Assembly: GCA_910586875.1 (NCBI GenBank)
Contig: CAJUJI010000001.1
Span: 1 to 62,949 of the forward strand
Reading direction: 5' to 3'
Length of the DNA stretch: 62,949 nucleotides
From: an uncultured Anaerotruncus sp.
Lineage (GTDB): Bacteria > Bacillota > Clostridia > Oscillospirales > Ruminococcaceae
Part shown: positions 1 to 10,239 of the stretch, one piece after another
Layout of the letters: the number at the start of each line of letters is the position of its first letter
Position numbering within the stretch: the stretch's first letter is position 1
Notes under the pieces: model-generated
Database searches by the model: none
The model's input: the letters and a program-made list of their open reading frames with translations, nothing else
Told to the model about the DNA's origin: nothing
Translations under genes and position numbers: made by a program

Positions 1-26
1 CTCAAATCGTCTATCCATCAAATCTT

Positions 27-56
27 ATTATAGCAACTTCCAGTAAAAAAAATCAA
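27..56 (-). promoter_or_regulatory. putative sigmaA promoter for a gene left of the window
   Basis: minus strand TTGATT-18nt-TATAAT, with TGn extended -10 (TGCTATAAT). Confidence 0.5.
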
Positions 57-89
57 GAGGAACATATACTCTATACACCGGATTTATTT

Positions 90-1316
90 TCAAATTTTTT
101 CATGATACCGATACCCCAAATCATCCACCATATCATTGATTTCGGATAGCTGTTCCGCTCCTTGGCTGTCATCCCATTTGGTGGCAATACACAACAAGGT
201 ATCCTCCACCTGCCCAAAAAGGTAATAGTCATTTTCAATGGTACAGACATGGCGGCTTTGGATATTTCCAAACGACCCGTTGCCAGAAAAGGTTCTATCT
301 CCTGGTTTCTGCCGGTCTTTGGAGTCCTCCTTTATCTCTCTCCAGTAAACCTCTAATGCAACCTCTGCGCTTTTCTCATCCGCAAATTGATAGAACGCCG
401 CCTGGACACTGCCCTTTTGCGCTATGATTGTCTGCTGTGCCTCTCGTATCTCAACTACCGGCCGGCTATCTGCCAGTGTATATCCATACTGCACAATCTG
501 CTGCTTAAATTCCTCTGTTGTGATCGCCGGAAAATGCTGCCCCTCCCCCGCAGATATCTCCGAGGAGCTTTCTTCTAATAGTTCAATGCTATCCTTGGTA
601 AACTGGTAGCTGGAAAGCACCGTACCACTCGCCGCATCCCGCACCGTGACCGAGGCAGTAAAGTTCTCGCCTTCCACCCCGTTAAGCAGCTGATATAGCG
701 CCAGATACATCGCCGGATTATATTGTGCAACCAATACATCCATTACCTGCGCAGGAAAGCGATCTTCCGGCTGTTGCACCTGATATTTGCCTGTATCCAC
801 CGAGACGGTCACGGCCCAGGGAATTCCGTTTCCATCGATTTCGCCATAACTTGTATTTACAAGAAAATCCGCAAGATACGCACCATTCCAGTCCTTACAC
901 AACGCCACCCTGTAACAGAACTGTTTAAAATTTTCCAACTGCTCAGGCGTGCAGCGGATATCGGCCCCTCCATCGCTGCGCTGTATGATGTCGGTATAAA
1001 ACGGATGTTCCGCCCGTTTTTCCGCGCTGTATCCGTCGCTGAGCTGCTGTAATCCATCTAAATCTATCGGGAATGGCACAGCAATTGTCACCAGCGTTTT
1101 TTCCAGCTCTGCCGCCTCTGATGCAGCAGATGCTTCTGACGCAGCGCGCAAATCCTGAATAACCTGTGGCACAGGGATCACCGATTCAAAATCCTCCTGT
1201 ACCGCCTGCTGCGAAGATGCAGGCACCGACTCCGATTGTGACAAGCCCCCGCCACAACCGGATAGCGCCACCATCACCGCCAGCAATACCCAACACTTGT
1301 GTTCAAATCGCGTCAT
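90..1316 (-). CDS. hypothetical lipoprotein
   Basis: start moved to ATG 1316 after AGGAGG RBS; N-terminus MTRFEHKCWVLLAVMVALSGC has an LSGC lipobox followed by a Ser/Gln/Ala linker. Confidence 0.7.
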   Translation of the reverse strand: MTRFEHKCWVLLAVMVALSGCGGGLSQSESVPASSQQAVQEDFESVIPVPQVIQDLRAASEASAASEAAELEKTLVTIAVPFPIDLDGLQQLSDGYSAEKRAEHPFYTDIIQRSDGGADIRCTPEQLENFKQFCYRVALCKDWNGAYLADFLVNTSYGEIDGNGIPWAVTVSVDTGKYQVQQPEDRFPAQVMDVLVAQYNPAMYLALYQLLNGVEGENFTASVTVRDAASGTVLSSYQFTKDSIELLEESSSEISAGEGQHFPAITTEEFKQQIVQYGYTLADSRPVVEIREAQQTIIAQKGSVQAAFYQFADEKSAEVALEVYWREIKEDSKDRQKPGDRTFSGNGSFGNIQSRHVCTIENDYYLFGQVEDTLLCIATKWDDSQGAEQLSEINDMVDDLGYRYHEKI

Positions 1317-1469
1317 TGCGAACCCTCCTACTATAATACCAAAGCGAAAGCCCCAATTATTGCAATCTCTGGTGGTAGATGCTCCAAACGCACCTGTTCT
1401 ACACCTTATAGACCAAGCCCCCACCTGCAACAATGCGCGGAGGAAACCATCCCCCGCGCAACAACGCCC

Positions 1470-1955
1470 TTACCAGGTCCATTCACCACGGTTGGCAGAC
1501 TTAATCCGCATCATGCCATCCGCAGCATTAAAATATAGTGTACGCCCGTAATTTTTGCCTGTATCATCCGCAATAATCGGAATCCGCAAGCTCGCTAACG
1601 CGTCCTTTACCGCCTTAATGTTGCGCTGTCCAATATTGGAAATTGACGAATTAGACATGGCCGCAAACATTTGCGCTCCCCCCGCGATTTTCGCTTTCAT
1701 CCGCGCACGCGATCCGCCAGCCATCTCCATCTTTTTCAGCAGCAGCGGAATTGCACTGTCTGCAAACCGCATTACCTGTTTGGCATCATGGTTCATCTCA
1801 CTCGTTGGCAGCATAATGTGCGAAAGCCCCGCCAACTTGATTGCGGGGTCATAAAGACAAATGCCCACGCAAGATCCCAATGCGTATGTAACAAGAATGT
1901 CTGGCGCTTTTGCAATATTCAAATCTGAAATCCCCACCGTAATGGTTTTGCTCAT
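1470..1955 (-). CDS. cheD: chemoreceptor glutamine deamidase CheD
   Basis: TYALGSCVGICLYD, GLSHIMLP, KIAGGAQMF and NIGQRN motifs. Confidence 0.95.
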   Translation of the reverse strand: MSKTITVGISDLNIAKAPDILVTYALGSCVGICLYDPAIKLAGLSHIMLPTSEMNHDAKQVMRFADSAIPLLLKKMEMAGGSRARMKAKIAGGAQMFAAMSNSSISNIGQRNIKAVKDALASLRIPIIADDTGKNYGRTLYFNAADGMMRIKSANRGEWTW

Positions 1956-2575
1956 AATGCTATCCCCAGCTCCGTCAAGATTTTACGCAATGACTCCATT
2001 TCGGGAATCATCAGGATGTGACTTTCAGCACCCTCCTCCTCACTACTAAATTTGTCCTCAATGAAAATAATCTTGTCCCCGATATCGGCGTAATGGATCG
2101 CCGGCACACTGATAATCGCCCCCAACATATCAATGCAAATATCCGGTACAGAAATATTGATATTCAGCCCTGTCAGCGCCGAAAGCGCGTTGACATAAGA
2201 GGCTGCCATAATATTAGAAACCTCTGTCAGCGCTGAATATTCCATCTCCCCCAGCTCTCCCAGGTCCTCTGTTTCCTGCCCCAGCAAGGTGTTCAGTGTC
2301 ATATGTGCGAACTCCTTGTGCAGCAGGAACATGATCATTCCTGTTACATCCCCCTCAAGCGAGAGCATTGCGCCTAAAATCATTGTTTCGGGACCGCCCA
2401 TCCGTTCCACAACCGACTGGTAATCCAAAATCCGGACCACCGGAACCGAAATATTCACCGGACGGAACAGCATCTCTGACAAGGATGTGGCCACATTTCC
2501 GGAGCCAATATTTCCAATCTCACGCAGTACGTCAATCTGCATGGAATCCAAATCATCATAATTATTAAGTGCCAT
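1952..2575 (-). CDS. cheC: CheY-P phosphatase CheC
   Basis: two ExxN motifs (LREIGNIGSG, LTEVSNIMA); overlaps cheD. Confidence 0.93.
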   Translation of the reverse strand: MALNNYDDLDSMQIDVLREIGNIGSGNVATSLSEMLFRPVNISVPVVRILDYQSVVERMGGPETMILGAMLSLEGDVTGMIMFLLHKEFAHMTLNTLLGQETEDLGELGEMEYSALTEVSNIMAASYVNALSALTGLNINISVPDICIDMLGAIISVPAIHYADIGDKIIFIEDKFSSEEEGAESHILMIPEMESLRKILTELGIAL

Positions 2576-2596
2576 GCTGTAACCTCCCTGTTTTTA

Positions 2597-3406
2597 CTAT
2601 CTCAAATTGTTAATAATTTCCTCAACCTGGTCTGCTGTCTGCACCATCTTTGCGCTGAATTGGAACGCCTTCTGTGCAATAATTACATTGGTCATCTCCT
2701 CGGCCAAATCCACCGAGGATTGCTCCACAGAATGCTGGATTAGCGTATATGGATGCTCCTTGGCGTTGTTTGCTGACTGCGCCTCTCCCGATTTGTCGGT
2801 CTGTCGAAAACGGGTGCCTCCAGCTGGCTCCAGCCCATATGGATTGGAGAAGGTATAAACACCGATCGTATCTTTGAGCTGTGTCAAATCAAACAGCTTG
2901 GTTTCCGGATCCCGTTTGAGTTTGATCTGTTTGCCCTTGCCATCCAGTATAAACGAGCCGTCGGACGACGCTACCAGATAGCCGTTGCGCCCCTGTAAGC
3001 CGATGTCAAACGTTCCATCACGGGTATACTGAATACTCCCGTCTGGGCGCTGCACCGCAAAAAAGCCCTCCCCGACCAACGCAAAATCCAACGGATTCTG
3101 TGTTGGCAGCGGACTGCCCTGACGCATCACCAAATCTGAATCAAACATTTTGATACCATGCCCCACCAGATGAATCCCATCGCTGTCGATTGTCGCTGGG
3201 TTTTCCCCCGCGGCCTCCGCGGTCTGTCCATCACGTGCGCGCTCATCCGTATTCACATACATCTCGGTATATAGCAGGTCACTGAATGCAGCACGCGACC
3301 CCTTAAAGCCATAAGAATTGACATTCGCAATATTGTTGGAAAGCAAATCCATCTGATTTTGATAGGCCACCAGGCCGGAAACACCGTTATAAAATGCTGT
3401 TCTCAT
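2597..3406 (-). CDS. flgG: flagellar rod protein FlgG (FlhP-like)
   Basis: SNNIANVNSYGFK, YTRDGTF, SSVDLAEEMTNVIIAQKAFQ rod/hook motifs. Confidence 0.85.
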   Translation of the reverse strand: MRTAFYNGVSGLVAYQNQMDLLSNNIANVNSYGFKGSRAAFSDLLYTEMYVNTDERARDGQTAEAAGENPATIDSDGIHLVGHGIKMFDSDLVMRQGSPLPTQNPLDFALVGEGFFAVQRPDGSIQYTRDGTFDIGLQGRNGYLVASSDGSFILDGKGKQIKLKRDPETKLFDLTQLKDTIGVYTFSNPYGLEPAGGTRFRQTDKSGEAQSANNAKEHPYTLIQHSVEQSSVDLAEEMTNVIIAQKAFQFSAKMVQTADQVEEIINNLR

Positions 3407-3426
3407 GAATAAACACCTTCTATTCT

Positions 3427-4191
3427 TTACAGCTCAGCAATCTGCTGTGCCGCCTTCTGATTGATTTTATCCAATATCTGAAGCGCGGTACTGCACGCCT
3501 GCAAGGTCCGCTGCGCCTCCATCACCAATGTGTACTCACGGTTCAAATCAACATTTGAGCGCTCCACCCAGCCCTGCACCAGCAATGTCTGGTCATTCAC
3601 CTGCTGATTTAGCTCCATATTCTCAACGCTGTACATCCCATTCTCATTGACCTCGATCTCTGCACCCTCGGTTGGTACGGTGATGAGAATGGTATCCACC
3701 AGCTTATTGTCCTCATCGTAAATTTCCCCGTTTTCTTCCACCCTAAAGTTGGAGGAGGTCAACTGAATCGGCCCCTTTTCTCCCATCACCTGGCCCTTGC
3801 CGCGGAGCACCAAATACCCCTCTGGGTCCAGGTCAAAATTGCCGCTGCGGGTTAAGTAGGTCTGCGGGTCGCCCTCACCCTGCTGCACCTGGATGTTAAA
3901 GAAGCCGATCCCGTTAATACCAAGGTCGAACGGCCGTCCTGTTTCCTCCAACGAGTTTGGGTCAAAGCTGGTTGGCACATCCGAAACGACACTGATCGGC
4001 GCCCCTTTACCAATTCCCGCCGTATTGTATTTTTCCATACGGGTCAGGAATTCCTGCTCAAAGGTGGTGTTCACCACCCGCGACGCCCGAAATCCAGGCG
4101 TTCTTGCATTGACCATATTGTTTGTCAGCACATCCAACGCGCGCTCCTGCATCATAATGCCGGATGCGCTGGTATAAAATCCTCTCAGCAT
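3427..4191 (-). CDS. flgF: flagellar rod protein FlgF/FlhO family
   Basis: MLRGFYTSASG, TNNMVNARTPGF, YLTRSGNF, ERSNVDLNRE. Confidence 0.8.
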   Translation of the reverse strand: MLRGFYTSASGIMMQERALDVLTNNMVNARTPGFRASRVVNTTFEQEFLTRMEKYNTAGIGKGAPISVVSDVPTSFDPNSLEETGRPFDLGINGIGFFNIQVQQGEGDPQTYLTRSGNFDLDPEGYLVLRGKGQVMGEKGPIQLTSSNFRVEENGEIYDEDNKLVDTILITVPTEGAEIEVNENGMYSVENMELNQQVNDQTLLVQGWVERSNVDLNREYTLVMEAQRTLQACSTALQILDKINQKAAQQIAEL

Positions 4192-4196
4192 ACCCT

Positions 4197-5000
4197 TCAG
4201 CCTTTCATATATTTTTCCAGCCGTTCCCTCAGCTTTTGTATCAATTTGCGATTGACCTGGCCAATCCGCTGTTCGCTCACCTTGAGCACCTTGCCAATCT
4301 CCTTCATGGTCAGGTTTTCGTAATAGTACATCGACAGCACCATGCGTTCCTGCTCATTCAGGCTGTCAATGGCCGCCGCAAGCTCCCGCCGCAGCTCCTC
4401 TGCGTCAATGCGCCCCTCCAAATCCGAGTCGCCCGCCACCATCGACCACATCAGATTGTTGGATTGCGGCCCTTCGATCAGCAGCGCCTCATAGGAAAAC
4501 ACATTCTCCCCCGACACCTCATAGGAGCATTTGTCAAATTCCGCGACGCTCATGCCCAGCTGCTTTGCCATCTCTTCCCGTGTGGGATTGCGCCCCAGCT
4601 TCAGGGTGAGCTCGTTATACGTATTGTTAATTTTAATCGCATTATGTCGGACCCGCCGCGGCAACCAATCCTGCTTGCGCACATAGTCAATAATCGCGCC
4701 TCGCACCTTTGTGAACGCATAGGTAGAAAACTTGACGCCATGCCCTGGATCAAACCGGTCAACGCTGTCAATCAGAGCAATGACCCCCTGGTTGACCATC
4801 TCCTCGACGGTTGCATACTTATGGAACATATTACTCATTTCCATCGCAACCGACTTTGCGATGTAACAATAGTGCATTACAATTTGGTTGCGTAGTTCCT
4901 GTGAACCGGTTTCTTTATACATCTGCATCAGCAGCTCGGGATTTTCCACCTCTTGCTGCTGCCAATCGTCCAGTGCAGCCGAAGTCAAGTGTTTCTTCAC
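4197..5000 (-). CDS. fliA: flagellar sigma factor FliA/WhiG (sigma28/SigD)
   Basis: RFDPGHGVKFSTYAFTKVRGAIIDYVRKQDWLPRRVR; region 4 YYENLTMKEIGKVLKVSEQRI. Confidence 0.93.
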   Translation of the reverse strand: MKKHLTSAALDDWQQQEVENPELLMQMYKETGSQELRNQIVMHYCYIAKSVAMEMSNMFHKYATVEEMVNQGVIALIDSVDRFDPGHGVKFSTYAFTKVRGAIIDYVRKQDWLPRRVRHNAIKINNTYNELTLKLGRNPTREEMAKQLGMSVAEFDKCSYEVSGENVFSYEALLIEGPQSNNLMWSMVAGDSDLEGRIDAEELRRELAAAIDSLNEQERMVLSMYYYENLTMKEIGKVLKVSEQRIGQVNRKLIQKLRERLEKYMKG

Positions 5001-5043
5001 CTCTTTTCCTGCAAAGGCGTACAGCCTCTACATGTATAACATT

Positions 5044-5073
5044 ATCATACCACAAAAAGGCGGCGCTCCGCAA
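5044..5073 (-). promoter_or_regulatory. possible sigmaA promoter of fliA
   Basis: TTGCGG-18nt-TATGAT with TGn extension, in the 170-bp flhA-fliA gap. Confidence 0.35.
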
Positions 5074-5171
5074 GACTTTCCCGCAAGAATCCACCTTTTT
5101 CCCATCCTGCGCAAAAATTGCGAATGCAAGCCCTTTTGCGATGCTGCACATCGCAAAAAGGCCCACATTGG

Positions 5172-7226
5172 TTAAACAGAAATATTCCCTAGTGCCTGGA
5201 TTTTCACATCCGTATCAATTTCGTTGAATGAAAGCACCACCGCATTTAGATAAACCTGATCCACCAGCTTTTTAAAGTAGATCCGTACAATTGGTGAGGT
5301 CAAAATAATCGGCACCTGTACCAGATCCCGAATCTTATCAACCTCGCGGGTGGTAGCAGTAATAATATTCTGAATGGTGAGCGGATCAAGCGCAAGGTAA
5401 GAACCGCTGTCCACCTTTTTCACCGCGCCCATAATCTGATTTTCGATGTTCGCATCCAGGCTGATCACCTTGAGCTGTCCTGCCTCTGCAAACCGGTGTG
5501 TGATGGTGCGCCGCAGCGATTGACGCACATATTCGGTCAGCATATCGATATCTTTGACAGATGCGCCATAATCCGCGAGCGTCTCCAAAATGGTTTCGAT
5601 ATCGCGGATGGGCACGCCCTCCCGCAGCAGATTGCACAAAATCTTCTGGAGTCCACCCACCGACACAATTGCCGGCACTGTGTCGTTGACAATCGCCTCA
5701 TTGGTTTTGCGCAGGTTGGTGAGGATGTTATTTACCTCCTGGCGGTTCAGCAGCTCATAGGCGTGCGCCTTAACCACCTCAGACAGATGGGTAATAATGA
5801 CCGATGTCGGGTCGATGAGCGTATAGCCTACCAGCTCCGCCTTGACGCGCTTATCTTCACTAATCCACTTCGCCGGAATTCCAAAGGCAGGCTCGACCGT
5901 TTCAATGCCGTCCACCGAGTTGTCGCCCTCCTCTGGCATCAGCGCCAGATAGTGGTCTACCAGCACCTCGCCCTGTGCAACCTGCTCACCTTTGATGTTA
6001 ATTGCATATTGGTTCGGGTTGAGCTGTCCACTGTCCTTCAATCGTACCGATGGGAACACCATGCCCATCTCCTGCGCAAACTGCTTGCGGAACATAACCA
6101 CACGGTCTACAAAGCTGCCGCCGCTGGCCTCATCCACCAGCGGAATCAAGCTATATCCAAACTCCATCGAAACCTGGTCAACATTCAGCAGATTGTATAC
6201 ATTGTCAATATTTTTATAGAAGGCGACCTCATTGGTAACCTCCTCTGTAACCATCGGTCCCTCTGCGGCTGCCTCAGCTGCCAGCGCGCGCGGAGAGCCA
6301 CGGCGCATCAGCACAATTCCCAGCGTCATCAGGATAACCGACATGGTAATTACCTGCGCTTTGGGGAAACCGATGAAAATGAGCATAAACATTGCAATCG
6401 ATGCCATAATCAGCACCATCGGCTGAGAAAGGAACTGGGTTGCAACATCCTCGTTCAGATTAGATTCGGACGCCGAACGGGTGACGATCATACCAGTCGC
6501 CACCGAAATCAGCAGCGAGGGCACCTGCGACATCAAGCCGTCACCGACCGTCGCAATCGAATAAATCTGCATGATCTCGCTGAAGGTGCCGACATGCGTA
6601 ATAAAGCCGATAATCACACCGCCCACCAGGTTAATAAAGGTGGTGACCAGCGACATGATTGCGTCGCCCTTTACAAACTTTGTAGCACCGTCCATTGCGC
6701 CGAAAAAGTCCGCTTCACGCTGAATTTTCGAGCGGCGCTCGCGTGCCATCTGCTCATCGATCAGTCCAGAACTCAAATCCGCGTCAATTGCCATCTGTTT
6801 ACCGGGCATCGCGTCCAATGTGAAACGCGCAGAAACCTCAGCGACACGCTCAGAGCCCTTGGTAATGACCAAAAACTGCACCAATACAATAATCAGAAAG
6901 ATGATCAATCCAACAATTACATCTCCCTGTACCACATATTCGCCAAAGGTTTTAACCACCTCACCGGCATAGCCGCCGTTGGTTAAAATCTTACGTGTGG
7001 AGGAAACGTTCAGCGCCAATCGAAACAGGGTGGTGATCAGCAGAATCGATGGATAAATAGAAAACTCCAGCGACTCTTTGATATACATGGTGGTCAACAG
7101 AATGACGAAAGAAAGGGTCAAATTGGTAATGAACATGAAATCCAGCAGAGGTGTCGGCAAGGGGACAATCAGCAGGAATATGACAGCGACAACCGACGCT
7201 GATACCGCATTGTTTAAAAGTTTCAT
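5172..7226 (-). CDS. flhA: flagellar export protein FlhA
   Basis: ERVAEVSARFTLDAMPGKQMAIDADL and FFGAMDGATKFVKGDA signatures; 684 aa. Confidence 0.98.
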   Translation of the reverse strand: MKLLNNAVSASVVAVIFLLIVPLPTPLLDFMFITNLTLSFVILLTTMYIKESLEFSIYPSILLITTLFRLALNVSSTRKILTNGGYAGEVVKTFGEYVVQGDVIVGLIIFLIIVLVQFLVITKGSERVAEVSARFTLDAMPGKQMAIDADLSSGLIDEQMARERRSKIQREADFFGAMDGATKFVKGDAIMSLVTTFINLVGGVIIGFITHVGTFSEIMQIYSIATVGDGLMSQVPSLLISVATGMIVTRSASESNLNEDVATQFLSQPMVLIMASIAMFMLIFIGFPKAQVITMSVILMTLGIVLMRRGSPRALAAEAAAEGPMVTEEVTNEVAFYKNIDNVYNLLNVDQVSMEFGYSLIPLVDEASGGSFVDRVVMFRKQFAQEMGMVFPSVRLKDSGQLNPNQYAINIKGEQVAQGEVLVDHYLALMPEEGDNSVDGIETVEPAFGIPAKWISEDKRVKAELVGYTLIDPTSVIITHLSEVVKAHAYELLNRQEVNNILTNLRKTNEAIVNDTVPAIVSVGGLQKILCNLLREGVPIRDIETILETLADYGASVKDIDMLTEYVRQSLRRTITHRFAEAGQLKVISLDANIENQIMGAVKKVDSGSYLALDPLTIQNIITATTREVDKIRDLVQVPIILTSPIVRIYFKKLVDQVYLNAVVLSFNEIDTDVKIQALGNISV

Positions 7227-7227
7227 C

Positions 7228-8289
7228 CTACTTCAATTCCTTCTTCTTCAAGTTATACACGAACGCCAGCACTTCTGCGACCGGCTGATAAAACTGCTCG
7301 GGAATTTCCCTGTCCAGCTCTACCGTTTCGTACAGGCCGCGCGCCAAGGGCTTGTTCTCCATCGTAACAACCCCATTCGCTTGCGCAACCTCAACAATTC
7401 GCAGCGCCAGGCTATCCTGCCCCTTGGCAATCACCACCGGCGCATTATTTTTCTGTGGGTTATACTGAATGGCAACCGCATAATGGGTTGGGTTTCGGAT
7501 AACAACATCCGCATTCGGAACGTTCTGCATCATACGCTGACGCGCCTGCGCCTGTTGACGCTCCTTGATTTTTCCCTTGACCTGCGGGTCACCTTCGGTC
7601 TGTTTATACTCTTCCTTGAGTTCCTCTTTGCTCATTCGCAGGTTTTTCTCATAATCCCACCACTGGTAGAAAAAATCTCCTGCGGCAATAAACGCCATAA
7701 TAATCGCAGCGGTTTTTGCAATCGACAAAATAATACTTCCAGTATATGCTGCTGCTTGTTCTACTGTTAAATCCAAAATCCGCGGAAAAAGGATAAATTC
7801 TTTTTTCAGCGTATTGTAAATGATGTAGCCTAAAACAATAATTTTCGCAAGCGATTTAAGCAGCTCCACCATCCCACGCAATGAAAACAGCCTTTTAAAG
7901 CCCTCAATGGGATTGAGCCGGTTAAATTTTGGCTCGAGTGCTTTCCAGGTAAACAGGCCTCTCGTTTGTGCAACCGTACAGACGATTACCGTGAAAGCGC
8001 AGATGAGCAACAGCGGCATTGCCGCAACCAAAAAGGTGAGGCAGCTTTCCTGGAAAAAATGGCGGATATCTATTGCACTAAGCTGCTCAACAGAAGCGGT
8101 ATAATCCAAATAATCTATTAAAGAGCGCTGAATGGTCCGGCTGGTCACCGGCCAAAGCATCTTAAAAGCATAAAACGTGGCAACCAGCGAAACCACGACG
8201 CCGATCTCCCTGCTTTGGAAGATGTTACCTTTCTTTCGTTCGTCCTGTTTTCGCTTGGGTGTTGCCTTTTCGGTCTTCTCGCCAGCCGT
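7228..8289 (-). CDS. flhB: flagellar export switch protein FlhB (start codon appears to be ACG)
   Basis: EGDPQVK and NPTH cleavage site; the frame extends 31 codons upstream of the called GTG to ACG-GCT-GGC-GAG-AAG-ACC-GAA (xAGEKTEKATPKRK), the conserved FlhB N-terminus, behind a GGGGGG RBS. Confidence 0.92.
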   Translation of the reverse strand, partial: TAGEKTEKATPKRKQDERKKGNIFQSREIGVVVSLVATFYAFKMLWPVTSRTIQRSLIDYLDYTASVEQLSAIDIRHFFQESCLTFLVAAMPLLLICAFTVIVCTVAQTRGLFTWKALEPKFNRLNPIEGFKRLFSLRGMVELLKSLAKIIVLGYIIYNTLKKEFILFPRILDLTVEQAAAYTGSIILSIAKTAAIIMAFIAAGDFFYQWWDYEKNLRMSKEELKEEYKQTEGDPQVKGKIKERQQAQARQRMMQNVPNADVVIRNPTHYAVAIQYNPQKNNAPVVIAKGQDSLALRIVEVAQANGVVTMENKPLARGLYETVELDREIPEQFYQPVAEVLAFVYNLKKKELK

Positions 8290-8345
8290 GTCTCATCCCC
8301 CCTTTATAGATCAAATCCTCTAATTTACCGCGCAAGGCGGCAAAC

Positions 8346-9110
8346 TCAGGCAAATGTAAAAAATGCCTTCTGCATATTTTCAAACATCAAATTCATGTAA
8401 CGGTCCAGATATCCACCCACCGGAACCGCAAAGATCAATAGCATACTGATACCTAGCAGTACCTTACACTGGATACTGATAACGAACACATGAATTTGTG
8501 GGATCAGCTTCATTAAAATACCCATTGATAGGTCCAGCACAAATTCCATTGCAACGAATGGGAGCGCAAGCCGCAGCGCCAATGAAAATGCTTCTATGAA
8601 CAAATCCAACACGAACCCCAAAACATGCGGTGTGAATGCGGTCTGTCCAATCGGCACAATCTGAAAGGAGGTTGCAAAAATACGAATCATCAACAGGTGG
8701 CTATTGGTTACAAAAATATAAAAGATGAACAGGATATTCAACCAATTGGAAGAGATGGACATTTGGATACTCGTGCCGGGGTCAAACACCTTTGCCATTG
8801 CCATACCGAAATGGGTGTCCATCAGATCGCCTGTGAAAAAGAGCATATAGTAAAAAACCTGAAAAACAAAACCACAGGCTAACCCTACACAAAGCTCCTT
8901 GATAAACTGAAAAATCAAGTCTCTCTCTGTAAAGCCACCCTGTTGTAAAGCCATACCCGGCGCAATTAGCCAGGTAAGCAACAGCACCAGCGCCACACGC
9001 ACCATAATTGGCACATTTTTGCGGTTGAGCATTGGATTTACGCCAATCGCCCCCGCCATGCGGGCCAGCACAAGCATATATATGGGCACCGCCCCTAATA
9101 CTCTATCCAT
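8346..9110 (-). CDS. fliR: flagellar export protein FliR
   Basis: hydrophobic 254 aa; GDLMDTHFG, LMKLIPQIHVF; fliP-Q-R order. Confidence 0.93.
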   Translation of the reverse strand: MDRVLGAVPIYMLVLARMAGAIGVNPMLNRKNVPIMVRVALVLLLTWLIAPGMALQQGGFTERDLIFQFIKELCVGLACGFVFQVFYYMLFFTGDLMDTHFGMAMAKVFDPGTSIQMSISSNWLNILFIFYIFVTNSHLLMIRIFATSFQIVPIGQTAFTPHVLGFVLDLFIEAFSLALRLALPFVAMEFVLDLSMGILMKLIPQIHVFVISIQCKVLLGISMLLIFAVPVGGYLDRYMNLMFENMQKAFFTFA

Positions 9111-9113
9111 CGA

Positions 9114-9377
9114 CTACAAACCTGCCATAATAGCAAACAGCCGGTGAATCAGATCGGTGAGTGTTGCCATCATCCAAGAGCCCGTCAACAGGAGCAGTAG
9201 CGAGATGGCCAGAACCTTTGGCACAAAGGTAAGCGTTTGCTCGTGTATCTGCGTTGCAGCCTGGAATACCGCCACCACAAGCCCAATCGCAATGCTGACA
9301 ATCAGCATCGGCGCAGCCAGTTTAAGCGCTACTAAAATTGCATCTTGAAAAACCGACATGACCTCCCCTTGTGTCAT
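9114..9377 (-). CDS. fliQ: flagellar export protein FliQ
   Basis: VFQAATQIHEQTLTFVPK signature. Confidence 0.97.
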   Translation of the reverse strand: MTQGEVMSVFQDAILVALKLAAPMLIVSIAIGLVVAVFQAATQIHEQTLTFVPKVLAISLLLLLTGSWMMATLTDLIHRLFAIMAGL

Positions 9378-9426
9378 CCTTCACCATCCCTTCTCATTTC
9401 TTTTTATAAAAGTGCCTTGCCGCTTG

Positions 9427-10239
9427 CTAGTAGTGGAAACCGCTTGCCAGATTGCCTAACAGCAACCCCCAACCGTCCACCAATACAAACGTCATAATCT
9501 TAAACGGCAGCGCAATTGTCGACGGCGGCAACATTACCATACCCATCGACATCAGGGTACTTGACACTACCATGTCAATAATCAAAAACGGAATAAACAG
9601 CAAAAAACCAATCAGAAACCCGCGCTTGAGCTCGCTTGTGATAAACGACGGCACAACAATTTCCAAGCCCAGCTCGGTCAAATCCTCTGGCAGCGTAATT
9701 GCCTCCTCCACAGGACGGTTGTTGTTTGCAATCGTCAAAAACAGGTTGATATCATCGGTATAAACCTGTTTGATCATAAACTCCTTGAGCGGCCGTATCC
9801 CTGCTTCCACCGCCTCAATCTGGGTCAGCTCACCGGCCCGATACGGCTGATAAGCAACCTCGTTAATCTGCATGAAAACAGGGGACATCACAAACATTGT
9901 CAAAAACAATGCAAGCCCAATCAACACCTGGTTTGGCGGAGACTGCTGTGTTCCCAGCGCATTGCGCAGAAATGAAAGCACGATAATGATGCGGGTAAAG
10001 CTGGTCATCATCATCAGGATAGAAGGCGCAAGCGCAAGCAAAGTAACTGTAAACAGCATATCCAGCAACCCATAGGAACCACCGGCCTCACCGCTGCCTA
10101 AATCGAGTGTAATTGCCGGCGCAGCACTTACATGCAGCGCAAAGCAGACAACCAGCAACACCCCTGTCACCACCGCGGAGACCAGAAACCGTTTGAGCTG
10201 CCGTTTCAGGATACGCTTTTTCTCTTGTACCTTCTCCAT
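9427..10239 (-). CDS. fliP: flagellar export protein FliP
   Basis: TSFTRIIIVLSFLRNALGTQQSPPNQVL; MGMVMLPP; FVLVDGW. Confidence 0.97.
   Translation of the reverse strand: MEKVQEKKRILKRQLKRFLVSAVVTGVLLVVCFALHVSAAPAITLDLGSGEAGGSYGLLDMLFTVTLLALAPSILMMMTSFTRIIIVLSFLRNALGTQQSPPNQVLIGLALFLTMFVMSPVFMQINEVAYQPYRAGELTQIEAVEAGIRPLKEFMIKQVYTDDINLFLTIANNNRPVEEAITLPEDLTELGLEIVVPSFITSELKRGFLIGFLLFIPFLIIDMVVSSTLMSMGMVMLPPSTIALPFKIMTFVLVDGWGLLLGNLASGFHY

Noticed and set aside
5496-6986. 496-aa plus-strand ORF, and similar long ORFs such as 34346-35809, 20361-21269 and 54932-55990
   Set aside because: Antisense shadows of well-supported genes (flhA, fliD, fliI, cheA); no recognisable motifs.
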